Shown in pieces: positions 1-9,713 of a stretch of 64,000 nucleotides of DNA (position 1 is its first letter; each line of letters opens with the position of its first letter). The notes under the pieces were generated by a model, which worked only from the letters and a program-made list of their open reading frames with translations, ran no database searches and was not told where the DNA came from. The stretch is from an uncultured Candidatus Saccharibacteria bacterium (GTDB lineage Bacteria > Patescibacteriota > UBA1384 > XYA2-FULL-43-10 > 1-14-0-10-43-13): the NCBI GenBank assembly GCA_964529405.1, contig CAZGWE010000003.1, forward strand, positions 17,192-81,191. The letters run 5' to 3'. The position numbers were made by a program, and so were the translations under genes.

Positions 1-1395
1 AATTAAGTCCAGCTTATTGTTTTCTTCATCTTCTATCTTCGTTCGAGGCTCAATCGAGGAGAAGTAGAGATATCGGACACCTTGACTTTCCAGTGTCTGA
101 ATGCTGGGATATTCATACTCCTGCTTTATTTCCTTATAACTACCATAATTGACCCTTGCACCCTTTTCTATCAACCATCTGCCCCAAGCGCTGTTGCTGT
201 AAACCAGGGCATCTTTCGGCTCGATCAATCCGACCACGATATCCATCATCTGCCGGTCGTTTTTGGGCAAGGTGGAACCGGCGGCAAAATCCGTCAGCTG
301 CCATACCGTTAGTCTTTTGGTGATGCCCAGATTAACATTAACGATCATCAAAGCAATTGGGACAAAGATAATAATGGAATACTTTTCAAACGCCAATTTA
401 AGCATCTGGCTCAAGCCGAGAGCCGCCATAATTGCCACGGCGAATTCGAAGTAAAAATAGAAACGGCTGCCAAGAAAGATAATACCAAACCACTGCTTAA
501 AAGCTACCAATAAACTCAATACGGCAAATATTAGAAAAAGCCTTGATTTTTCGCTCTTTAGCCCCTGTTTCATTACAAAGACGGTACCGATGATTGCCAA
601 TAAATAAACTATTGACCGTCTCGGGTCAATGTCAAAGACATATCCTGGTAAAGATCTCTCCCCCTGCGACATTGAAGTCAATTTAAGTATGGTAAAAATT
701 CTCTGGAAAACGTCAGGGAAAAAACGCATCATGAGACCGAAGATAATTATTCCAAAAACACCCAAGCCCAGAGCGGCAATACGTTTTCTCCTGCTACCTG
801 TCGCCAACCAGTAAACCTCATAAATAGCAACCGTTAATCCCAGGATGCCGAACGGTATGGGATGGAAAAAAAGCAAAACTACGGCCAAAGGCAGCAGATA
901 GACCCACTTTTTTTTAATTAGAAGCAGATAGCAAAGTGAAAATATAACCCAACCAAAAGTTTCTGCCATAACGCCCATTCGCAAAGAATCATTAAGCCAC
1001 CGTGATGAAGCGGTCAGAAACATTGCCAGAATTGCTGCTCTATAATCTTTAAAAACCTCAAATGACAGGAGACCGGCTAATATAGCAACTAAAAACATAT
1101 TGAAACAGAGTGTAAATATAAATGTTCTCTCTAGCGAAAAATCAAACAAAAATTGCAGAACCCGATATTCAGCTACATAAGCGGCGGTAGAAAAGGGATA
1201 CAGGGAACTCTTAAAGTAATCGGCGAATCCATTTGTCATCAGACTTTTGGCCATCGAGGTATGGTTAACGACATCGTCTCCAATTGGAAAATCAGCCAAC
1301 CAGTAATATTGGAAAGCGGCATAAAATAAGTAAGCAACAAAAAAGATAAGGAGCAGTAAATAGATCTTCTTAGTCTGGCTAAAAGTGAACGGCAT
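1..1395 (-). CDS. Multi-TM GT-C-like membrane glycosyltransferase, runs off the window start (absent from ORF track)
   Basis: ATG at 1395 preceded by GAGGG. Hand translation gives MPFTFSQTKKIYLLLLIFFVAYLFYAAFQYYWLADFPIGDDVVNH..., with many TM segments and an acidic first-loop motif. The same frame is open at the window edge. Confidence 0.75.
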   Translation of the reverse strand, partial: MPFTFSQTKKIYLLLLIFFVAYLFYAAFQYYWLADFPIGDDVVNHTSMAKSLMTNGFADYFKSSLYPFSTAAYVAEYRVLQFLFDFSLERTFIFTLCFNMFLVAILAGLLSFEVFKDYRAAILAMFLTASSRWLNDSLRMGVMAETFGWVIFSLCYLLLIKKKWVYLLPLAVVLLFFHPIPFGILGLTVAIYEVYWLATGSRRKRIAALGLGVFGIIIFGLMMRFFPDVFQRIFTILKLTSMSQGERSLPGYVFDIDPRRSIVYLLAIIGTVFVMKQGLKSEKSRLFLIFAVLSLLVAFKQWFGIIFLGSRFYFYFEFAVAIMAALGLSQMLKLAFEKYSIIIFVPIALMIVNVNLGITKRLTVWQLTDFAAGSTLPKNDRQMMDIVVGLIEPKDALVYSNSAWGRWLIEKGARVNYGSYKEIKQEYEYPSIQTLESQGVRYLYFSSIEPRTKIEDEENNKLDLI

Positions 1396-1464
1396 ATTTC
1401 CCTCAAATAATAATAGTATTATAGCATTTCCTAAAGTTTATGAAAATCCCCGAACTCCAATAGG

Positions 1465-1493
1465 TTGACGACAGAAACACTTTTCTCTATATT
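1465..1493 (+). promoter_or_regulatory. sigma70-type promoter of the pseB operon
   Basis: TTGACG-17nt-TATATT, 30 nt upstream of the pseB ATG. Confidence 0.6.
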
Positions 1494-1523
1494 TGGAAAA
1501 GACTAATCGATTGGGAGCACTCT

Positions 1524-2522
1524 ATGCTTAACGGTAAAACGATTTTAATCACCGGCGGTACCGGTTCTTTCGGTAAAAAATTTACCGAAAGAATCTTTGC
1601 CGAATATAAACCGAAAAAGATCATCATTTACTCCAGGGACGAGTATAAGCAGTACATAATGCGGCGCCAGTACGCCAAGTATGATGAGCGGTTGCGCTTT
1701 TTCATCGGCGATGTCCGGGACAAAGAAAGGCTTTGGCGGGCGCTCAACGGCGTTGACATTGTTATCCATGCCGCAGCGCTTAAACACGTGCCGGTGGCGG
1801 AGTATAATCCGCTCGAAGCAATTAAAACCAATATCCATGGCGCCGAGAATGTTATTGATGCCGCTCTGGATCGCAACGTCAAAAGGGTCGTTGCTCTCTC
1901 AACAGATAAGGCAGTTAATCCGATCAATCTTTATGGCGCCACCAAGCTGGTCTCCGATAAACTTTTTGTCTCGGCTAATGCTTACTCCGGCCGGAATGGC
2001 ACAGTCTTTTCAGTTGTCCGTTACGGCAATGTCGCCGGCAGCCGCGGTTCGGTTATTCCCTACTTTAAATCATTGATTGAGGCCGGCGAAAAAGTTATTC
2101 CCATTACCGATTTTAGGATGACCAGATTTTTAATTACTCTAAACCAGGGCGTTGATCTGGTTTTCCGGGCTTTAAGCGAAGCCAAGGGCGGCGAAATTTA
2201 TGTCGCTAAAATTCCCTCGATTAAAGTAGTAGATTTGGCCCGGGCCATGCATGAACAGGTCGAATTGAAAGAAATCGGTATCAGGGAAGGTGAAAAACTG
2301 CACGAAGTTATGATCACGGAAGAGGATTCCCGCTCCACCCACGACTATGGCGACCACTTTATTATCTACCCCAACCTGGATTGGTGGAAACCGGAAGCTC
2401 GCTGCAAGCCCGGCAGCCAAAAAGTTAAGGATGGTTTCCGCTACTCCTCCGATCTCAACGACCATTGGCTCGGCGTTGGTGGAATAGCCGAGTTCTTAAG
2501 AACCATTGAAATAGTCTATTGA
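1524..2522 (+). CDS. pseB: UDP-N-acetylglucosamine 4,6-dehydratase (inverting)
   Basis: TGGTGSFG, SRDEYKQ, HAAALKHVP, STDKAVNPINLYGATK and RYGNVAGSRGSV motifs. Confidence 0.93.
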   Translation: MLNGKTILITGGTGSFGKKFTERIFAEYKPKKIIIYSRDEYKQYIMRRQYAKYDERLRFFIGDVRDKERLWRALNGVDIVIHAAALKHVPVAEYNPLEAIKTNIHGAENVIDAALDRNVKRVVALSTDKAVNPINLYGATKLVSDKLFVSANAYSGRNGTVFSVVRYGNVAGSRGSVIPYFKSLIEAGEKVIPITDFRMTRFLITLNQGVDLVFRALSEAKGGEIYVAKIPSIKVVDLARAMHEQVELKEIGIREGEKLHEVMITEEDSRSTHDYGDHFIIYPNLDWWKPEARCKPGSQKVKDGFRYSSDLNDHWLGVGGIAEFLRTIEIVY

Positions 2523-2531
2523 GGCATCGTT

Positions 2532-3692
2532 ATGTCTAATCTTATCCCTTATGGGAGACAGTGGATTGACCAGGACGATATTCAAGCCGTCACCACAGTT
2601 TTAAAAAGTGATTATCTGACCCAAGGTCCCAAAGTCGAAGAATTTGAAAAAGCTCTTTGCGACTACACGGGGGCAAAATTTTGCCTTGCTCTTTCTAACG
2701 GCACGGCCGCGCTGCATTTGGCTGTCGCTGCCATGAAGATCGAGAAAAGCATGGAGGGAATTACCTCGCCCATCACCTTCGCCGCCTCCGCCAACTGCCT
2801 GCTCTATAACGGTCTAAAACCGGTTTTTGCCGATATTGATCCTAAAACCTATACGATTAGCCCGGATGAAATTAAAAAGAAGATTACCGCAAAAACCAAG
2901 GTGATAATTCCGGTCGATTTTGCCGGCCAACCAGCCGAGATGGAACAGATCTCCAAGATTGCCAGAGAAAAGGATATCTGTGTCGTTGAAGATGCCGCCC
3001 ACGCCATTGGCTCGCGGTATAATGACGGAAATCATGTCGGTTCGTGTAAATATTCCGATATGACTATTTTTTCCTTCCATCCGGTTAAGACAATCACCAC
3101 CGGCGAGGGTGGAGCAATTACAACTAACAATAGAGAGCTATACAAACATTTGCTATTGTTACGTTCCCACGGTATTACTAAAGATCAGGCTAAACTTGAG
3201 CAAAATCCCGGCCCATGGTATTACGAAATGCAAACGCTCGGTTTTAACTATCGCCTAACCGACATCCAAGCCGCCCTGGGCATCAGCCAATTAAAAAGAC
3301 TTGATAAGTTTGTTGAAAAACGGCGGGAAATTATCCGAAAATACAACAAGGCTTTCAAAGACCTGCCCGATATGGTTGTCCCTTATGAAAAAGATGGCGT
3401 CTTCTCTGCTTTCCATCTCTATGTTTTGCAAATTGATTTTAAAAAAATCGGCACAAGCCGCGAAGAGATAATGGCCAAATTAAGAGAAAAAAATATCGGC
3501 ACGCAGGTTCACTATATCCCCGTTCACCTACAGCCATATTACAGAAACAACTTTGGCTACAAACCAGGCGATTATCCGATTGCTGAACAATATTATGAAA
3601 AAGCAATCAGCCTGCCGCTCTATCCAAAAATGTCTGACTCCGATGTCAAATACGTTATAGAAAATTTCAAACGCGTCTTAGGTGGAAAGTAA
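2532..3692 (+). CDS. pseC: UDP-4-amino-4,6-dideoxy-N-acetyl-beta-L-altrosamine transaminase (DegT family)
   Basis: IPYGRQ N-terminus, EDAAHAIG, FSFHPVKTITTGEGG (PLP lysine); adjacent to pseB. Confidence 0.9.
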   Translation: MSNLIPYGRQWIDQDDIQAVTTVLKSDYLTQGPKVEEFEKALCDYTGAKFCLALSNGTAALHLAVAAMKIEKSMEGITSPITFAASANCLLYNGLKPVFADIDPKTYTISPDEIKKKITAKTKVIIPVDFAGQPAEMEQISKIAREKDICVVEDAAHAIGSRYNDGNHVGSCKYSDMTIFSFHPVKTITTGEGGAITTNNRELYKHLLLLRSHGITKDQAKLEQNPGPWYYEMQTLGFNYRLTDIQAALGISQLKRLDKFVEKRREIIRKYNKAFKDLPDMVVPYEKDGVFSAFHLYVLQIDFKKIGTSREEIMAKLREKNIGTQVHYIPVHLQPYYRNNFGYKPGDYPIAEQYYEKAISLPLYPKMSDSDVKYVIENFKRVLGGK

Positions 3693-3717
3693 GGCATTAT
3701 CGCTTTAATAAAGGAAA

Positions 3718-4158
3718 GTGATGCCAACAATTTTTATCGGTGCCGACCATGGTGGCTATAAAATTAAAAAACAAGTCAAGCTGTGGCTAAACCAAAAGCT
3801 TATCCCGTTCAATGACCTCGGCGCTGATTCAGAAGATAGCTGCGACTATCCTATATTTGCCCAAAAGGTAGGGCGCGCGGTTGTTGAGAATCAGGGCAAG
3901 GGTATTTTGATCTGCCGAAGCGGCCAAGGCATGTCAATCGCCGCCAACAAGATTAAGGGAATTCGAGCATGCCTTGCTTGGAATCCGGAGGTCGCAATAA
4001 AATCCAGGGAGCACAATGATGCCAATGTTCTATGCTTGCCAGCCGACTATATTAGCAACGACGATAGCGTTAGTATTGTAAAGGCATGGCTTTCTACTCC
4101 ATTTTCTGATGAAATAAGACATATAAAGAGAATCCGGATGTTAGATGAAATAAATTAA
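3718..4158 (+). CDS. rpiB: Ribose-5-phosphate isomerase B
   Basis: IGADHGG, DYP, GILICRSGQGMSIAANK, REHNDANVL, RH motifs. Confidence 0.92.
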   Translation: MMPTIFIGADHGGYKIKKQVKLWLNQKLIPFNDLGADSEDSCDYPIFAQKVGRAVVENQGKGILICRSGQGMSIAANKIKGIRACLAWNPEVAIKSREHNDANVLCLPADYISNDDSVSIVKAWLSTPFSDEIRHIKRIRMLDEIN

Positions 4159-4203
4159 TTCAACTTTTTCTGACAAGCTCGTAAGCCCTGATCAAAAACA
4201 AAG

Positions 4204-5520
4204 ATGTTAAATTTAAAACAAAACGGCATTTTCTTTGCCCAAAAAAGCCATCAACGTTTTTTTGGACCGGCGATCGATCCGGAGATGAGATTGTTTTTGG
4301 TTAATCTTTTTTGGTCTTTTTTGGGCGGCGGCATTGCTTCAGCCGGCTTGCTTTTGGTTAATATTTTAGCCGGTCGCTACATGGGGCCGAGCGAATACGG
4401 TAAGTATAATCTGGTCTTCGTTTTAAGCCAGTTCTTTATCTTATTCGTTTTCTGGGGTTTGGATATTGCCAGTATTAAAGCGATCGCTGCGAGTAAAACC
4501 AGAGCCGAGAAGGGCAAAAATTTATCCAGTGCCTCTGTCTTTTTGGTCTTAACGCTTGGACTTCTTAGTTTGATCGCTTTTCTTGTTTATAAACCGGCGG
4601 CACAATACTTTGCCCTCGATCAGTCGCTTCTCTTCATTTTGCTCATTCTTTCAATCCCGTTGACTCTTAAAGCCATGTTCGATGGCTTTATTCGCGGCCT
4701 AAGACTATTCAAAGTCCAATTTGTCGCCAAAACTCTCGAGTGTTTTACCATCATCGCTCTCTTTGTTTTAATCTTTGTCGTTCTTGATAAAAGAACTTAC
4801 GAATTTTATATCTACGTGCTGATTGCCGGAGCTTTAGTCTCTGCTCTGATTAATTTCTCTAAAGTTAAAAAATACTTCGACGGCTTTGACAAAAAATGTT
4901 TGCAAGACCAGCTATCCCATGGTAAGTTTTACTTTATTGCTACCATTATCGGCACGCTCTTCACTTCACTTGATCGATTATTAGTTGCCAAATATTTAAG
5001 CTACTACGAGCTTGGCATCTATGGTGCCTATTATACTGCTTCTGTCACGCTCACCTACCAGCTAACCCAAATGTTTATCAATGTCTTCTTGCCCTCCATC
5101 GCTCATTTGGAAAACAAAACTTTTGTTAGAAAGATTGATAATATCTTTACTAGAGCCATAATCCCTATTTACTTGACTGTTTTAGTCCTTGTTTTTGTGG
5201 CGGTAAAACTGTTTGGCGCCAGGTTTGGCCTTATCTGGGGTTATGTGTTTGGTTTTAGCCTGCTCGCCACGCTTCAGCTAATACAGGGAATCTATAATAC
5301 AATTGTCCTAACACTGTCCAAAGATTTGTACAAACGATCATTGTTATTAGTAAACATCAGCAATGTCATAATTTTTTCTACTTATATTCCCCTTGTTTAC
5401 TTTAAGCTGATCTCCATCTCTTGGATTTTGGGCATTTTAATCTTAAGCATTACCTCCGCGATAACAATCCAGCGAACCTTTATTGGCATTTCAATCAACA
5501 GGTTTAACCAAAAAACCTGA
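4204..5520 (+). CDS. wzx: Wzx-type oligosaccharide flippase
   Basis: About 12 TM segments; RYMGPSEYGKY and DRLLVAKYL..LGIY motifs of polysaccharide MOP flippases. Confidence 0.8.
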   Translation: MLNLKQNGIFFAQKSHQRFFGPAIDPEMRLFLVNLFWSFLGGGIASAGLLLVNILAGRYMGPSEYGKYNLVFVLSQFFILFVFWGLDIASIKAIAASKTRAEKGKNLSSASVFLVLTLGLLSLIAFLVYKPAAQYFALDQSLLFILLILSIPLTLKAMFDGFIRGLRLFKVQFVAKTLECFTIIALFVLIFVVLDKRTYEFYIYVLIAGALVSALINFSKVKKYFDGFDKKCLQDQLSHGKFYFIATIIGTLFTSLDRLLVAKYLSYYELGIYGAYYTASVTLTYQLTQMFINVFLPSIAHLENKTFVRKIDNIFTRAIIPIYLTVLVLVFVAVKLFGARFGLIWGYVFGFSLLATLQLIQGIYNTIVLTLSKDLYKRSLLLVNISNVIIFSTYIPLVYFKLISISWILGILILSITSAITIQRTFIGISINRFNQKT

Positions 5521-5548
5521 AACATTTGGACTTATCGTTCGCTCTCTA

Positions 5549-6100
5549 CTGAACCCACTCTATCGGCTGCAAGCCGATAGGTTCAGCACAGCGCTAAAGC
5601 ACCCTTGCTAATTGGCGTCGAGAATTGTAAAGGAATCACCGCGTTTGTCAGCATCTTCATCTTGATTCTCGATGTATTCCATGATCATTTCATCAGTAAT
5701 GTTTCCGGAGGATACGGCGCAGTAGCCTCTTCCCCACAGATGCTGTCCCCAAAACTGTTTGTTTAATTGAGGGAATTCCTGCAGTAGCTTTCTTGATGTT
5801 TTACCCTTGATATATTGTGAGATTTTGGAGATAGATATTTGCGGGGGATAAGAGATAAAGATGTGGATGTGATCCTTGCTTATATGACCGCGGATTATTT
5901 CAATGTTATGAGCGTCGCAGACTTCACGGATTAAATCCCTGACCCTGATGCCCACCTTATTGGTTAATATTGGTTTACGATATTTGGTCGCCCATATCAG
6001 ATGACACTTTATGTCAAATTGTGTATGAGAACCATTGCGATATATTTGCATAGCCAGAGTATACCATCTTGAAAGGATCGGCTAAAGCCGAGGGGTTTGT
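5549..6100 (-). mobile_element. IS200-like element (tnpA only, no tnpB); ends approximate
   Basis: Y1 transposase flanked by subterminal hairpins CTGAAC..CTATCGGC-TGCAA-GCCGATAG-GTTCAG (5549-5586) and TCGGC-TAAA-GCCGA (6078-6091). Confidence 0.85.
5608..6051 (-). CDS. tnpA: IS200/IS605 family HUH (Y1) transposase
   Basis: HLIWATKYRK, DHIHI (HUH), KGKTSR, LWGRGY, YIENQ. Confidence 0.95.
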   Translation of the reverse strand: MQIYRNGSHTQFDIKCHLIWATKYRKPILTNKVGIRVRDLIREVCDAHNIEIIRGHISKDHIHIFISYPPQISISKISQYIKGKTSRKLLQEFPQLNKQFWGQHLWGRGYCAVSSGNITDEMIMEYIENQDEDADKRGDSFTILDAN

Positions 6101-6198
6101 TCCCAAAGATTTGAAACCAACCATCACAGGTCGGTTCCAGCCCCTCTTTTATTTGGATTTTCTTGACAGCTAAAGGCCTTATCCGATTAAATGGTTCT

Positions 6199-7056
6199 AT
6201 GAACAAACTAGCCTTAGGCACGGTTCAATTTGGACTCGATTACGGCATCAACAACAAAGTCGGAAAAGTACCCGAGAGCGAGGTCTTTGCTATTTTGGAT
6301 TATGCCAAAAAAATTGGTATTAATACTTTGGATACTGCCTCGAGCTATGGCGAAAGCGAGAAAGTCCTTGGACAATACTTTGTCAAGAGAGGATCTGATA
6401 ATTTACAGATTGTCTCCAAATTCGCTGAAGCAGCGAATGTCTTATCTGACATTAAAACATCACTGCAAAACTTGAAGACAAACAGGCTTTACGCTTACCT
6501 GCTTCATCACTTTGAATCTCTGAAGCAACAACCCGACCTTTACAAAGAAATGGTTAAATTAAGAGAAGAAGGTTTAACGCAAAAGATTGGCTTCTCTCTC
6601 TATTATCCCCATGAACTACAATATTTACTGGATCGCTCCATCCCCTTTGATCTTGTTCAAGTGCCCTATAACATTTTCGATCAACGTTTCCTGCCCTACT
6701 TTGCCAAACTAAAAAAGGAAGGCAAAGAGATTCATGTCCGTTCAGCCTTTCTACAGGGATTAATTTTTAAAAATCCAAGCGATATACCCCCCTATCTGCA
6801 AGACATGAAGAAAAAACTTGAAAAACTACACCAACTTTCCTTGGAAAGTGAAATTCCTTTAGCAGCCATGGCTCTTAACTTCTGTACTAGCAACCCCTAT
6901 ATCGGCAAGGTAGTCATTGGCGTTGACAGCCTCAAGAATTTGCAGGATAATTTCTCTGATCTATCCCACCAGCAAGCCGTCGTCAACCTCATATCCGAAC
7001 TATTAGGACTTAGAGAAGATAATGAAGAACTAATTTTGCCAATCAACTGGAAATAG
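6199..7056 (+). CDS. Aldo/keto reductase of nonulosonate clusters
   Basis: LALGTVQFGLDYG, DTASSYGESE, LLHH, IHVRSAFLQG; start moved to ATG 6199. Confidence 0.88.
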   Translation: MNKLALGTVQFGLDYGINNKVGKVPESEVFAILDYAKKIGINTLDTASSYGESEKVLGQYFVKRGSDNLQIVSKFAEAANVLSDIKTSLQNLKTNRLYAYLLHHFESLKQQPDLYKEMVKLREEGLTQKIGFSLYYPHELQYLLDRSIPFDLVQVPYNIFDQRFLPYFAKLKKEGKEIHVRSAFLQGLIFKNPSDIPPYLQDMKKKLEKLHQLSLESEIPLAAMALNFCTSNPYIGKVVIGVDSLKNLQDNFSDLSHQQAVVNLISELLGLREDNEELILPINWK

Positions 7057-7072
7057 TCTTTGGATCTAAACT

Positions 7073-9157
7073 ATGGATATTATTGCAATTATTCAAGCCA
7101 GAGTCGGTTCGACCCGCTTACCTAATAAAGTTCTTTTACCATTGGGTGGCAAAACTGTACTCGAGCAGGTTGCGAGCCGAGTCGGCAGAAGCAAGCTTAT
7201 CAACAAGGTAATGGTCGCCACGACTACAAATAGTGACGATGACGCTATTGTTGAAATATTAGAAAAAGCTGGAATAGAGAGTTTCCGCGGCTCTGAAAAT
7301 GACCTTCTTGACCGCTATTACCAAGCAGCCAAACTTCATAAGCCAAAACATATAGTTAGAATCACGGCCGACTGTCCTCTAATTGATTCCGACGTCATTG
7401 ATGCAGTGATCAGTCTTCATCTTAAGGACAAAAATGATTATACTGCAAGCGCTTTCGTTGAAACCTTTCCGGATGGTCTTGATGTTGATGTAATGACCTT
7501 TAAGGCTCTTGAGGAAAGCTGGAAAAATGCCACCATTCCCTATCAAAGAGAGCACGTCACTCAATTCATCGCCAAAAATCCCCATCGGTTCAAAATAGGC
7601 AATCACTATCATACCGAGAACCTGTCTGATAAGCGATGGTGCATGGACGAACCCAATGATTATGCTTTCGTCGAGGCTGTTTACAGCGCGCTTGGGGCCG
7701 AGCGGGACTATTTCGGAATGGAAGATGTTTTGCGCTTCTTGTCGGCTAATCCAGATGTAGAAAAAATCAATCAAAACATCATCCGGAACGCCGGCATCTT
7801 AAAATCGACTGGCGCCGAGGCTGATTTGTTATTAGAAAGGAAAACGATGAGAACCGGACAAAATCTCTACAAGCGCGCCAAGGGCATTATTCCCGCCGGC
7901 ACGCAAATTCTTTCCAAGCGGCCGGAGCTGCACCTGCCAGGAGGCTGGCCCTCCTACTACAAGAAGGCCAAAGGCTGCGAAATCTGGGATATGGATGGCA
8001 AAAAATATGTTGATATGAGCTATATGGGTATTGGCGCCTGCGCTATCGGTTACGCCGACCCCGATATTGATAAAGCCGTTAAAAAAACTATCGACAACGG
8101 TATTGCCGCTACATTTAATTCACCAAAGGAACTCGAGCTGGCCGATATGCTTTTGGAGCTGCACCCATGGGCAGATATGGTTCGTTATGCTTGCGGCGGC
8201 GGCGAGATTATGGCTATTGCCATCAGAATTGCCCGGGCCAAATCCGGCAAGGACAAGGTGTTGTTTTGCGGCTATCACGGCTGGCACGATTGGTACTTAA
8301 GCTCCAACCTTGCTGACGATAAGGCGCTTGACGGCCACCTCTTACCCGGTCTGAAACCGCTCGGCGTACCACGCGCCTTAAAGGGTACGGCCATGCCATT
8401 TATGTACAACGATACCGAAGCTTTCTTGAAGTTAGCCAAGAAGCACAAAGGTGAAATCGGTGCTGTTGTCATTGAAGGTATGAGGAGTTATGAACCAGTA
8501 AAGGGTTTTTTGGAAACTATCAGAAAAGTAACCAAAGAGGAAAAAATTCCATTTATTATTGATGAAGTCTCATCAGGTTTTCGCTTGACCACCGGCGGCG
8601 CTCATATAAAGCTGGGCATTAAGCCAGATATGGCAGCCTTCGCTAAAGCTCTGGGTAACGGCTATCCAATTGCCGCCGTTATTGGCAAAAAAGAGGTCAT
8701 GGATGTGGTTGAGGACTGTTTTATTAGCTCAACCAACTGGTCAAATAATGTTGGCTTTGCTGCTGCTATCGCATCCTTGAAAAAGATGAAGGAGAAGCAC
8801 GTTGTCGACCATTTAATTAAGATGGGTAAAAAGGTGCAAGACGGCTGGGCAAAGATGGCTAAAAAAAACGGAGTTAATATTCACCTCTCCGGATTCTATG
8901 CCATTGGCCACTTTGATTTTGAATATGAAAATCCGCTAGTCTTAAAAACCCTCTTTACTCAAGAGATGTTAAAGCGAGGTTTCCTGGCAACCAACGCCTA
9001 CTACGCTTCGTATGCCCACAAAACCAAGCACATTAAAGCGTATTTAGAAAAGTGCGACGAGGTCTTTGCCATTGTTGCTGAAGCTATCAAATCAGGCAAG
9101 CCGGAAAGTTATTTAGAAGGGAATATCTGCCATGCCGGATTTAGAAGACTCACCTAG
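7073..9157 (+). CDS. Fusion of SpsF-type cytidylyltransferase and class-III PLP aminotransferase (GSA aminomutase-like)
   Basis: N-terminal QARVGSTRLPNKVL, RGSENDLLDRY, RITADCP, REHVT; C-terminal GYHGWHD, DEVSSGFR, FAKALGNG. Confidence 0.9.
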   Translation: MDIIAIIQARVGSTRLPNKVLLPLGGKTVLEQVASRVGRSKLINKVMVATTTNSDDDAIVEILEKAGIESFRGSENDLLDRYYQAAKLHKPKHIVRITADCPLIDSDVIDAVISLHLKDKNDYTASAFVETFPDGLDVDVMTFKALEESWKNATIPYQREHVTQFIAKNPHRFKIGNHYHTENLSDKRWCMDEPNDYAFVEAVYSALGAERDYFGMEDVLRFLSANPDVEKINQNIIRNAGILKSTGAEADLLLERKTMRTGQNLYKRAKGIIPAGTQILSKRPELHLPGGWPSYYKKAKGCEIWDMDGKKYVDMSYMGIGACAIGYADPDIDKAVKKTIDNGIAATFNSPKELELADMLLELHPWADMVRYACGGGEIMAIAIRIARAKSGKDKVLFCGYHGWHDWYLSSNLADDKALDGHLLPGLKPLGVPRALKGTAMPFMYNDTEAFLKLAKKHKGEIGAVVIEGMRSYEPVKGFLETIRKVTKEEKIPFIIDEVSSGFRLTTGGAHIKLGIKPDMAAFAKALGNGYPIAAVIGKKEVMDVVEDCFISSTNWSNNVGFAAAIASLKKMKEKHVVDHLIKMGKKVQDGWAKMAKKNGVNIHLSGFYAIGHFDFEYENPLVLKTLFTQEMLKRGFLATNAYYASYAHKTKHIKAYLEKCDEVFAIVAEAIKSGKPESYLEGNICHAGFRRLT

Positions 9158-9698
9158 CCAAATTAAAACCAAACTTAAGGCCGAATTTAAGACTGTTGGC
9201 ACTCGCCCAAAATCACCTCTCGAATCCTTTGACGGGATCGTTGTTCTGTCTGCCGAAGAGACAGATATCTCCGGCGAAAATAAGGAACGTCTTTTAGCCG
9301 GTCTTAACCTTATGGTCAAGATAAAAACGGGCGGCAATTTTATTTTCCTTGGCACCAAAATCCACAACGCCGGCGCAGAGAATTATATCTTGCAAAACCA
9401 CCCCGATATTGAGGCAAACTTTCCCGCTAAACGGAAAGAGGCCTCAACCAGAACGCAGATAAAGGACCTTTCAGCCTTTCTGCATAAAAAACCTCTCTCA
9501 AAGCTTTTGATAGTCTCGCAAGCCTATCACATACCGCGCATTGACCGTTACTGCCAAAGATATATGCCGGATCAATTATATGATGTCTCTCCGGTCGGCG
9601 ATATTAAATCATACGCCAAACAAGTTGAAGTCGAAATTAATAAGATCATCAAATACGCCGGCCAGGGGGACCTGGATCTTTTTCTAACGCACAATTAA
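9132..9698 (+). CDS. YdcF/ElyC/SanA (DUF218)-like protein
   Basis: IVVLS...ERL, ASTRTQ and IVSQAYHIPR resemble DUF218 motifs. Confidence 0.6.
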   Translation: MPDLEDSPSQIKTKLKAEFKTVGTRPKSPLESFDGIVVLSAEETDISGENKERLLAGLNLMVKIKTGGNFIFLGTKIHNAGAENYILQNHPDIEANFPAKRKEASTRTQIKDLSAFLHKKPLSKLLIVSQAYHIPRIDRYCQRYMPDQLYDVSPVGDIKSYAKQVEVEINKIIKYAGQGDLDLFLTHN

Positions 9699-9713
9699 CT
9701 TGGAACGCAGCTT

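Noticed and set aside
82-814. Three short plus-strand ORFs
   Set aside because: Shadows of the minus-strand membrane protein gene 1-1395.
1449-1475. CCGAACT...GTTGACGA resembling the glmS ribozyme start, upstream of an amino-sugar operon
   Set aside because: No AGCGCC cleavage motif or downstream core; better explained as the -35 of the pseB promoter.
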